NCBI GenBank assembly: GCA_963663545.1
Contig: OY760505.1
Location: forward strand, 1,088,001-1,152,000
Direction: 5' to 3'
Length of the DNA: 64,000 bases
From: Candidatus Delongbacteria bacterium
GTDB taxonomy: Bacteria > CAIWAD01
In this document: piece by piece, positions 54,822 to 62,779 of the stretch
Position numbering within the stretch: the first letter of the stretch is position 1
Layout of the letters: the number at the start of each line of letters is the position of its first letter
Translations under genes and position numbers: made by a program
The notes under the pieces: model-generated
What the model was told of the DNA's origin: nothing
Seen by the model: only the letters and a program-made list of their open reading frames with translations
The model's database searches: none

Positions 54822-56484
54822 CCTCTTCCTCCTGCGGGACAATGTTGCCGTGACACGCGCGGCAATCTCGCGGCGTGGCCCGGTAGCGAACACGCTGTTG
54901 GCCATCAGCAAACACTTCGACCTTGTGACACACACTACATTCCAAGTCGGCATGTCCTCCGTCGAGCATAAAGCGCGTCTGGCGGTTGTGGTCGAAGGTG
55001 TTGTTCTCCCAGCCCGTTGTGTTATGACAGCGTGAACAATCCGTAAACCCCTGTGAGGCAAATTGGCCGCCATGTACATCGTCGTGACACGCACTACAGT
55101 TTCGGGGCACGCGACGCAAAGGCACAAACTGCTGCCCCTGCCAGTCTTCGCCCACGTGACACGCACCGCAAGCTACTTCCAGATGCTTGTTGGTCAGTGG
55201 GAAACGAGTATCACTGTGATCAAAGCCCTTGGGAGACCAGTTACCTGTTTCGTGACACGTAGTACAACCTGTGACAAACCAGTTTTGCGCCTGACCTCCG
55301 TGAGGATCCACATGACACTTGTCGCAGTCATCGTGTACAGGGCGGTAATTCAGGCAGTCTTCGTCAGCTTTCCTTTTGTGACACGCCGTGCAGGGAACAG
55401 CTGCATGTGCACCCACTAATGGCATATCGCATTGCTGATGCCGCTGCAATGAAAAATGATGCTGCGCAAAGCTCTGCTGATCGTGACACAGGGAACAATC
55501 CGTGTGTCCGACAGCGTCGTTAAATTGGCCACAGTGAGCGTCTGCGTGGCAGTCGGTGCACCCATTGCCTTTCCAATCGGTGTGCATCTCACGCTTGTGA
55601 CACGCACCGCACTCAAGCTCCTGATGTTTACCCAGCAGAACGAAGCCACTGATATCGTGGTCGAAATCCGTTGCGGCTCCCTGCCACCCAGAAGTTGTGT
55701 GACACTTCGAACAATCCTGTCCCAGACGGCCTTTATGTACATCGTCGTGGCAGGCAACGCAGCTTGTGCTTTGTTGGCGTTTGTAAACCAGATGCCAACC
55801 TTTGCTGGCGGCAGCATCCTGCAACACTCCAGCTGGCTGAAGATCATCGCGTCTCTCGTGGCATGCATCACACGAAGCACCGGCGTGTTTTCCGGTCAAT
55901 GGGAAATCGGTGGAGTCGTGAGAGAAACTCGTGGGACGCCAGGCTTCCTGCGTGTGACACAGCGAACAATCCTGATCCATCTGGCCCTGGTGCTCATCTG
56001 CGTGACACGTAGTGCAATTTATACTCAACCCGAGGAAGCTGTTCTCAATCGAAAGACTGGTATCAGCCTTGAGCTCCCGAGATAACCACTCTGGTTTGTG
56101 GCAGCTGCGGCAATCCTGTTCGGCATGCTTGCCGGTTAGCACGTGTCCGGTCAGAGCATGATCGAAGCTCTCTTGCCCCTGCTTTCCCCAATAGATCAGC
56201 TGAAATGCCCGACCGTTGTGCTCGCTGTGGCAGGAGGCGCAACTTGTATCACGCGGAACACTGAGCGCATGGAAACCGCGATTCTGCTGGATGCGGGTAC
56301 TTAACTCCTGATGGCACTCAAGACACAGCCGGTTGCTCACCGCTTTCCCGAGTTCGTGACACAAGGTGCAGTTCTGCACACCCTCAAGTGAAGCGTGCGC
56401 CTCACTCAAGGGCCCTGGTGCCAACTGAGCATTGGCGCGCAGAAGTAGCAGGAGAGTCAACGCAATCATCGTGATCCAGCGCAT
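54814..56484 (-). CDS. Multiheme cytochrome c, 20 CxxCH, c7-like repeats
   Basis: Signal peptide ending ANA, PGPLSEAH, 20 CxxCH counted, FDH..(T/S)..L.GKH repeats. Confidence 0.92.
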   Translation of the reverse strand: MRWITMIALTLLLLLRANAQLAPGPLSEAHASLEGVQNCTLCHELGKAVSNRLCLECHQELSTRIQQNRGFHALSVPRDTSCASCHSEHNGRAFQLIYWGKQGQESFDHALTGHVLTGKHAEQDCRSCHKPEWLSRELKADTSLSIENSFLGLSINCTTCHADEHQGQMDQDCSLCHTQEAWRPTSFSHDSTDFPLTGKHAGASCDACHERRDDLQPAGVLQDAAASKGWHLVYKRQQSTSCVACHDDVHKGRLGQDCSKCHTTSGWQGAATDFDHDISGFVLLGKHQELECGACHKREMHTDWKGNGCTDCHADAHCGQFNDAVGHTDCSLCHDQQSFAQHHFSLQRHQQCDMPLVGAHAAVPCTACHKRKADEDCLNYRPVHDDCDKCHVDPHGGQAQNWFVTGCTTCHETGNWSPKGFDHSDTRFPLTNKHLEVACGACHVGEDWQGQQFVPLRRVPRNCSACHDDVHGGQFASQGFTDCSRCHNTTGWENNTFDHNRQTRFMLDGGHADLECSVCHKVEVFADGQQRVRYRATPRDCRACHGNIVPQEEEDE

Positions 56485-56485
56485 C

Positions 56486-57799
56486 TTATGGCTCTCCGTG
56501 CTTCATGCTGTAGCTGATTCCAGCCCGGTTCAGAAAGTCCGCAGGCATTTGACCACCAGCAAAAACCAGTACTTGATCAATATCCAGCTGCAATTCCTGT
56601 CCCTGGTGCTCCAATGTCACACGTCCCGCTTCAATGCGCTTCACTTCCGACGGCATCAAAGGCTTGACGAGACCGGCACGGATCACCTTTTCCAGCCGCT
56701 GTTCATTGTCTTCCTTCGCACGAAAGATGCGCTCGCGCCGATAAGAGAGCCAGACTTCGGCAGCCTTCTCCTCCGCCAGCGCAACAGCGGCTTCTACAGC
56801 ACTGTCTCCACCACCCACCACCAGAACGCGGCAGCCTTTGAACTGCTCAGGCTCCAGCAGCGAGTAGGAAACCATCGCGCTGTCTTCTCCTGGAACTCCC
56901 AGCTTTTGCGGCGTTCCACCTCTTCCAATGGCCAGCAGTACTCGATGCGCGAAAAGGCTGTCTCCATTGGCCAGCACAATCTCGAAGCCTTCCTCCCGAC
57001 GCTTGATATCCTCGACGCGAAGCCCTGCGTGAACCGTCATTTCGTTTTTGCGGAAAAGCTCGCGATAGATTTCCAGCAGCTCTTCTTTGAACAGGCTGCG
57101 AATCTTCATCATGCCATGACCGGGCATGTGCACGGGCTGAGTCAGCACCAGCTTGCGGCGCGGATAATTGAGGATGGTGCCGCCCAGATCCTGCTGATCA
57201 AGGGTCGTGGTGCGCAGCCCAAGTTCCTTGCCGCGCAGAGTGGCCGCAATGCCTGCCGGTCCCGAACCGACAATCAACACATCATCGATGTTCCGACTGC
57301 GCTCCGGCTGCAGCAGTGCGGCAATGCGATCCATCGCCTCCTGCCCCTGTATCACGGCGTTCTTGATCAGCCCCATTCCGCCCAACTCGCCGGCAATGTG
57401 AATACCGGGCTGGGTAGTCTCGAAGTCTGCGCTCAAGTCGGGAATCTCGATGCCGCGCGTTGCTGTACCGAACACCAATGTGATAGCGCCCACAGGACAC
57501 GCATCACGGCAAACGCCGTGTCCAATGCAGCGACTGGGATTGATCAATACAGCCTTACCGTTTACCAACCCCAGCACGCCGTGTTCAGGACACGCTTTGA
57601 CACAACTTGCCGAACCGATACAGCGGTTCAGATCGATTACCGGGTGTAGTGTTGGCGGTTCGTCTTGGCCGCGCGCAATGGCCTGCTCCAGCTTGTGCTG
57701 ATTGTAACGGCTTTTGCGCAGCTCTCGCCAGATGTACACTACAGGTATGAGAACCGCCACGCTGATGGCGGCGGTATAAATCAACGTCTCTGGACTCAC
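56486..57799 (-). CDS. Membrane-anchored ferredoxin-domain plus thioredoxin-reductase-like FAD/NADPH oxidoreductase
   Basis: N-terminal TM; CIGSASCVKACP and CIGHGVCRDACP; GSGPAG (FAD); GGGDSA...SYRR (NADPH). Confidence 0.85.
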   Translation of the reverse strand: MSPETLIYTAAISVAVLIPVVYIWRELRKSRYNQHKLEQAIARGQDEPPTLHPVIDLNRCIGSASCVKACPEHGVLGLVNGKAVLINPSRCIGHGVCRDACPVGAITLVFGTATRGIEIPDLSADFETTQPGIHIAGELGGMGLIKNAVIQGQEAMDRIAALLQPERSRNIDDVLIVGSGPAGIAATLRGKELGLRTTTLDQQDLGGTILNYPRRKLVLTQPVHMPGHGMMKIRSLFKEELLEIYRELFRKNEMTVHAGLRVEDIKRREEGFEIVLANGDSLFAHRVLLAIGRGGTPQKLGVPGEDSAMVSYSLLEPEQFKGCRVLVVGGGDSAVEAAVALAEEKAAEVWLSYRRERIFRAKEDNEQRLEKVIRAGLVKPLMPSEVKRIEAGRVTLEHQGQELQLDIDQVLVFAGGQMPADFLNRAGISYSMKHGEP

Positions 57800-57857
57800 A
57801 CAATCCTATCCTTTCGTGCCGTTAAGAATGTAACAGGCTCGTTGTCAGCATGAAAGA

Positions 57858-58715
57858 CTACAGAATTCGCCACGTACCATACAGGAGCGCCACGATGACG
57901 TGCACGAACATGAAGACAAGCATCACGGCCGCAAAGGGACGATGTATCACATGCCAATGATGCAGGTAGGCGCGCGCCGTGCTGCGAAAGAAACGTTTCC
58001 GTTGCTGCACGTTGTACCGATGCAGGTACAGGGCCACGCGGAACATGCTCTGGGAGTATCCCTGCGTTTTCAGTCGGCGATAGAGGCTGATCAGAATGAA
58101 GGGCGTGCGCAGATCCTGCATCACCATGCCCAGCAGCATGCGCAAACCACTACGGCTGCCAGCGACGAAGTTCAGCGATTCGATGGCGCAGAAGCCTTCT
58201 TCATGATTGCTGAGCATGCCTGCAAGTTCGCGTCGCGTGTCGGCCTCGTGCTCCAGCATTTCGGCTTCGCTCAGCTCTTCACCGCTTTCTGCGCGCGGAA
58301 TCTGCAAATAGATGTAACGTCCCAGCACGCCGGACAGCGCAACCGCAATCATGCTCCAGAAGCTGATGGCGACCAAGCCCTTGAATTTGAACGCAGTGTG
58401 CAGGATCACCAAGACGGGGCCCGTGATGCCCAGCCAGATGTGATAGTCGAGCCAGATGCGAATATCGCCTGCGCCGTGCAACACCTTCCAGCGTTTGCGG
58501 AAGAAGTACACCAGCAACAGCAGCATCATCAGGCTGCCGGCGATGCCCATCCAATGCCCCATCAGCCCGCTGGAGCGTAACACGCCGTGTAATGGATCAC
58601 GAGGACGATCCAGCAGCGACATACTGTAGTAGTCAAAGCCGCTGATCAGGACGTAAAGGGTGAAGCTAATGGTGGCAAGATACAGCAGGGCGAGAAAGAC
58701 TCTGTGCACTCTCAA
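57858..58715 (-). CDS. Inner-membrane protein, ferric-reductase-like / cytochrome b type
   Basis: About 5 TM helices; two H-x13-H helices (HIWLGITGPVLVILH, HRPFAAVMLVFMFVH); GGAG plus TTG start. Confidence 0.75.
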   Translation of the reverse strand: MRVHRVFLALLYLATISFTLYVLISGFDYYSMSLLDRPRDPLHGVLRSSGLMGHWMGIAGSLMMLLLLVYFFRKRWKVLHGAGDIRIWLDYHIWLGITGPVLVILHTAFKFKGLVAISFWSMIAVALSGVLGRYIYLQIPRAESGEELSEAEMLEHEADTRRELAGMLSNHEEGFCAIESLNFVAGSRSGLRMLLGMVMQDLRTPFILISLYRRLKTQGYSQSMFRVALYLHRYNVQQRKRFFRSTARAYLHHWHVIHRPFAAVMLVFMFVHVIVALLYGTWRIL

Positions 58716-58741
58716 AGCGTGTCTCCGCAGGTGGATAGGGA

Positions 58742-61234
58742 TTACTCTTCGTCAGGTAGATGAACAACAGCCTCGCGGTTGCGCGGCAGAACAACATAGA
58801 AGCGGCTGCCTGCTCCCGGCACGGATTCGACCCTGATGTCGCCGTGATTCAGTTCGGCCAGCCGCTGCACGATGGCAAGTCCCAGTCCCTCGCCCGCGAC
58901 TTTGCCGTTGTTCTCGACACGCTGGAAGGGTTGGAAAATGCGCTCCTGCAATTCAAAGGGAATGCCGCGTCCGTTGTCGCTGACGCAGTATTCGACCTGG
59001 TTGCCCAGCATGCGACCGCTGACCGCGATGCGTCCTGGGCGATCAGGCTGCAAGTATTTGAGCGCGTTGTCCATCAGATTGGTGAAAAGCTGATCGACCT
59101 GCATGGCGTCGCCATAACAGTTGGGCAGTTGCTCTTCGATGTGAACCGTGGCGTCGGCCTGATCGATCTGATAGCTCAAGGCCTGCACGATGCGTTGCAG
59201 ACGGAAGCGCATTTCGAGCGGTTCAGGATCGCTTTCAACGCGCCCCAGACGCACGAAGCGGATTAGGCCGTCCAGTAGGCGGTCCATGTGTTCTGCGGCG
59301 CCCAGAACGCCTCCCAACAGTTCGTGGACGCGATCGTCCTTGGCGGGTACAAGTTCCTGACAACGGCGACGCAGTGCGCGACCGTATCCGGCGATTCCCA
59401 GCACAGGCGCACGCAGATCGTGTGATACAATCTGCAGCAGCTTCTCAAGATCGCTGCTCTTGGTCTTCCACTCGCTCATCAGACGGTGGCGCTCACTCTC
59501 GGCCTGCTCCAGATCGGTGATATCGAGATAATAGCCGGCACTTCCCAGCAAGCGCCCTTCGGCGGTGTACAATCCGCGTCCTACAACTTGTACCCAGCGG
59601 ACGGCACCATCCTTGTGCAACAAGCGGAAGCGCAGATTGAAAGGCCGCTGTTCACGCAGCGCCTCGTTGTACTGCCGGTCGGCTTCCGTCATATCCTGCG
59701 GATAACCTAGATCGCGTAGCACCATTTCGCCACTGCAAATCTGCTCTTGGGTGAAGCCCGTCAAGTGTTCGCAGCCGCGGCTCACATAGACCGGCATCAT
59801 GCGCTCACGCAGCTCGCAGCGGAAGGTCATGCCGTGCAAATTGTCGAGCATGGCTATCAGCGAATCGTGCTTGCGACGAACTTCCGAAAGCGTGCTCTTG
59901 CGCTCGACAAGCTCCTGCCGCAGTTCGTAGTTGCTGCGTGCCAGATCCTGCGTGCGCAGAGCGACCTGCTCTTCAATCTCGCCCTCAAGGCGCCGCAGGG
60001 CATTCTCGAGCAGAAGGCGATCATGATTGGTCAGAATCAGCCCGGCGATTTGTGATACTCCGCCAGCGAAATTCCACTCATCTGTCGTCCACTCGTGTAC
60101 TTTTGTGGCGGCCATGCTGAGAACACCAGCCACCTGCCCCTTTGCGAGAACGGGAACATCGATGATGGCGCGTAGCTGATAGGGAAGCAAATGCTCTCGC
60201 GCCCAGTCGGCAAGTCGCGGCGAATTGGCCACATCGGATTCGGCAATGATCTCGCCGCGCAACAGTTGCCTGGCATAGGCTCCCTGCGTTGCCACATCAA
60301 ACACCAGATCCTGCGACTCGCTACCGTCAGGCAGGCGCCGCAGCACCAGGCGTAACTGTTGACGGTCACCGGAGACAAGCCAGATGCCGATCGCCAGGTC
60401 TGGCAGAGTTTCCTGCACACTCAGCACAAGACGCCCCAGCGCATCCCGCAGATCGTTCTCGTCCTGCAGATTCAAACCGCTTAGACGTGATAGCCCACGC
60501 TGCAAATGCAGCAGGTCCTGCTCACGTTCGCGAAGCTGTGCCACCGCCTGTCCCCGCTGCTCGCCCTCCTGCTGGAGCTCAAGCCGGGTGCGATCCAGCT
60601 CCTGCTTGCGAAGCCGCGTACTTAGCTGCACGCGGTAGCGCTGCAGCGAAAGAATCCAGGCCATCGGAAGAATGCCCAGGATGGGCAGGTATTGCAGCAG
60701 GATTTCCTGAATGGGCTGAGCTAGAAAGAAAAGGGAGGCCACCAGCAGCGCCGTCAGCCCGACCAATTCCAGTACAAGCATCAGAATGCCGTCCAGCGGA
60801 AAGAGGATCACGATGAGTAGCAGCGCCAGAATGAACTTGGGTTGGCTGTGAAACAGTTGTTGATCGGCCACGCTTTGCACGCCGCTCCAGACCATGACCA
60901 GCATCAGCGTGAGAAGAAAGAGAAGTCGATGGAACCAGCGAATACTGTGGGAAGCACTTACCGGAAAGAGATGCAAGAGGGCTTGCAACACAAACAGCAA
61001 GGCAAGTAGCGCCAGGTCGGTCTGCCAAACCAATTGCTGCAGCGTGCTGGACAACAGCCCAGGCAAGAGAAAACTATCGAGGGGAAGCATGAAGCCCAAC
61101 AGAAGCATGAGGGCGAAAGCGGCTACGCGCAGTTGCTGCAAATTGCGTTTGAGCAGCGAGTCATGAAACTCACGAATACCGTCTTCGCCGACTGCGCTGA
61201 ATTCATCCACCAAGTGTTGGCGTAATCGCTTCAA
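58742..61234 (-). CDS. Membrane sensor histidine kinase (multi-TM, GAF, PAS, HisKA, HATPase)
   Basis: SHDLRAP, NLMDNALKY, DNGRGI, GEGLGL; start uncertain (TTG 61234 has an AAGGA RBS; frame open to 61306). Confidence 0.88.
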   Translation of the reverse strand: MKRLRQHLVDEFSAVGEDGIREFHDSLLKRNLQQLRVAAFALMLLLGFMLPLDSFLLPGLLSSTLQQLVWQTDLALLALLFVLQALLHLFPVSASHSIRWFHRLLFLLTLMLVMVWSGVQSVADQQLFHSQPKFILALLLIVILFPLDGILMLVLELVGLTALLVASLFFLAQPIQEILLQYLPILGILPMAWILSLQRYRVQLSTRLRKQELDRTRLELQQEGEQRGQAVAQLREREQDLLHLQRGLSRLSGLNLQDENDLRDALGRLVLSVQETLPDLAIGIWLVSGDRQQLRLVLRRLPDGSESQDLVFDVATQGAYARQLLRGEIIAESDVANSPRLADWAREHLLPYQLRAIIDVPVLAKGQVAGVLSMAATKVHEWTTDEWNFAGGVSQIAGLILTNHDRLLLENALRRLEGEIEEQVALRTQDLARSNYELRQELVERKSTLSEVRRKHDSLIAMLDNLHGMTFRCELRERMMPVYVSRGCEHLTGFTQEQICSGEMVLRDLGYPQDMTEADRQYNEALREQRPFNLRFRLLHKDGAVRWVQVVGRGLYTAEGRLLGSAGYYLDITDLEQAESERHRLMSEWKTKSSDLEKLLQIVSHDLRAPVLGIAGYGRALRRRCQELVPAKDDRVHELLGGVLGAAEHMDRLLDGLIRFVRLGRVESDPEPLEMRFRLQRIVQALSYQIDQADATVHIEEQLPNCYGDAMQVDQLFTNLMDNALKYLQPDRPGRIAVSGRMLGNQVEYCVSDNGRGIPFELQERIFQPFQRVENNGKVAGEGLGLAIVQRLAELNHGDIRVESVPGAGSRFYVVLPRNREAVVHLPDEE

Positions 61235-61343
61235 GAGCCGCTTCCTTTTACTTCCACGGGCATCGGGTTTCGCGCCACCCCGCGCCTCATGCGGACACAC
61301 GAGCAACAGTTAGAATGTCGGGAAATTCAGGCGGGTTCTATAT

Positions 61344-61369
61344 AAAAAAAGGGTCGCCCAAGGCGACCC
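61344..61369 (-). terminator. Intrinsic terminator downstream of the flagellar operon
   Basis: Minus strand GGGTCGCC-TTG-GGCGACCC followed by T7. Confidence 0.85.
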
Positions 61370-61609
61370 ACCTCCCATACCCACACCTAGCAGCCCCGAA
61401 ATGAGAGCTGCGGTGTTTTGCTATTGGGATTTGCTCCGCACGCGGAGCCAGGCAGATTCCCAAGAAACAACACTGCAGCGTGAACTACAGTGTTGGTAAC
61501 AGCCATTTCAGTTATGCCACGAATGGCACGTACAGGCCGATAGATACTATTTGCTCAGGAGATTTACAACGAGAACCACCTATTCAGCGAAACTGTCCAC
61601 AGATTTCGT

Positions 61610-62080
61610 TCAGCGAATGTTGTGAATGTCCAGAAGGCGATCCGCCACAAAGGCCATCACTTCATCATCGCTGTAGTAGCCGTTTTTGACCCGCTCCGAG
61701 ACTTCCGCCATCAGGTCGTTGCGATAATCGGCGCGAGCCTCTTCAGACGCCTGGGCGTTGCTGTCCTGCGCCTGTACAGCTTCTTCTGTAATGCGCTCGC
61801 TGATCTTATCCACAACGCTCTCCTGATTGTAGTATCCCGAGGCAACTCTCGCCTTCGCCTGCTCTACCAGATCTTCCCGCACATCCGGAATCTCGGAGGC
61901 CGCGGCCATCAGAGCGGAATGAAGACGCGACAGCTCGCGCGCACTCTCGCTGATGCTCACTTGTTCTCCGCGCTGCAGCTCCGTACTCTCCGTCGTCTGC
62001 GGCGTAGTACGCGCCGTCTTGTTTTCTACCTTCGTCAGGTCAAGACCTAGGCTGCGTCCGATGTCATTGCGAATTTCCAT
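61610..62080 (-). CDS. flgM: Anti-sigma28 factor FlgM-like, with duplicated C-terminal motif
   Basis: VSISESAREL; PDVREDLVEQAKARVASGYY and YRNDLMAEVSERVKNGYY; GGAGG RBS; after fliS. Confidence 0.75.
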   Translation of the reverse strand: MEIRNDIGRSLGLDLTKVENKTARTTPQTTESTELQRGEQVSISESARELSRLHSALMAAASEIPDVREDLVEQAKARVASGYYNQESVVDKISERITEEAVQAQDSNAQASEEARADYRNDLMAEVSERVKNGYYSDDEVMAFVADRLLDIHNIR

Positions 62081-62105
62081 GCTTCCTCCAGGGCTCGCTG
62101 CAACC

Positions 62106-62336
62106 CTATCCATATATGTCGAGATATCTTCCCTTGCTCAGTTCACGGGGGACTCTGCGCTCCTCCGTGTCATCGCCGGCGGCATCCGTCGCCGTCAACT
62201 GCCCGGCTTTCGCCAGCACCGCAGGGTTGTCGATCATGCGATCGTCAAACTCCTCGGCTTTCTGTCCGGCTTTCAACAGATCGGGCCGATAAGCGCCGAC
62301 CTGCATCACGTGCCCGCTAACTCCATTGACCGCCAT
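62106..62336 (-). CDS. Small flagellar-operon protein, 76 aa (C-terminus YjfB-like)
   Basis: Between fliS and flgM; ends KGRYLDIYG. Confidence 0.55.
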   Translation of the reverse strand: MAVNGVSGHVMQVGAYRPDLLKAGQKAEEFDDRMIDNPAVLAKAGQLTATDAAGDDTEERRVPRELSKGRYLDIYG

Positions 62337-62344
62337 TGTCAGCC

Positions 62345-62767
62345 TCAGGCCATCATGCCGCTACTGCGGTCGTGCTTCACATCCAGGCTGCCCTCATGAC
62401 GGGCAATAACCTGAGCCCATGTTTCACGCAAATCTTCAAGAATGCGTATTACAACGTCCAGGTGCTCGGGATCGTTGTTCATGTTGGCTTCTGTGATACG
62501 CCGCATCATGAAATCGTAGAGTTGATCGAGGCTCTGGCTGATCTCGCGCCCGCGCTCCATATCGAGGGATTTGCGCAGCTCACCAATGGCGCGCAACCCC
62601 TTGTCCAATCGTTGACCACGCAGATCAAAATCCTGCTCCGTCATGGCCCGCCGCGCGTCCTGCAGGGAGCTGATTGCCAAGTCATAGACCATCAGCAGAA
62701 GCTTGCCACGATCGGCGGTCTGAACCTGGGTTTGACTGTACTGTCGGACTCGAAGATCCTGGCCCAT
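62345..62767 (-). CDS. fliS: Flagellin export chaperone FliS
   Basis: QVQTA...LLLMVYD, LDME.G.EIS.SL..LYDFM, LRETW. Confidence 0.93.
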   Translation of the reverse strand: MGQDLRVRQYSQTQVQTADRGKLLLMVYDLAISSLQDARRAMTEQDFDLRGQRLDKGLRAIGELRKSLDMERGREISQSLDQLYDFMMRRITEANMNNDPEHLDVVIRILEDLRETWAQVIARHEGSLDVKHDRSSGMMA

Positions 62768-62779
62768 GATGGTCCTTTC

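Noticed and set aside
54822..55166. N-terminal extension of the 1055-aa cytochrome ORF
   Set aside because: Lies inside the upstream cytochrome gene; RBS and signal peptide start at 54821
46491..57649. Long antisense ORFs (46491-47780, 52622-53818, 56432-57649)
   Set aside because: Antisense to well-supported genes; 52622-53818 only mirrors the tandem repeat
62286..62293. Sigma28 -10 element GCCGATAA
   Set aside because: On the strand opposite the flagellar genes and lacks a TAAA -35
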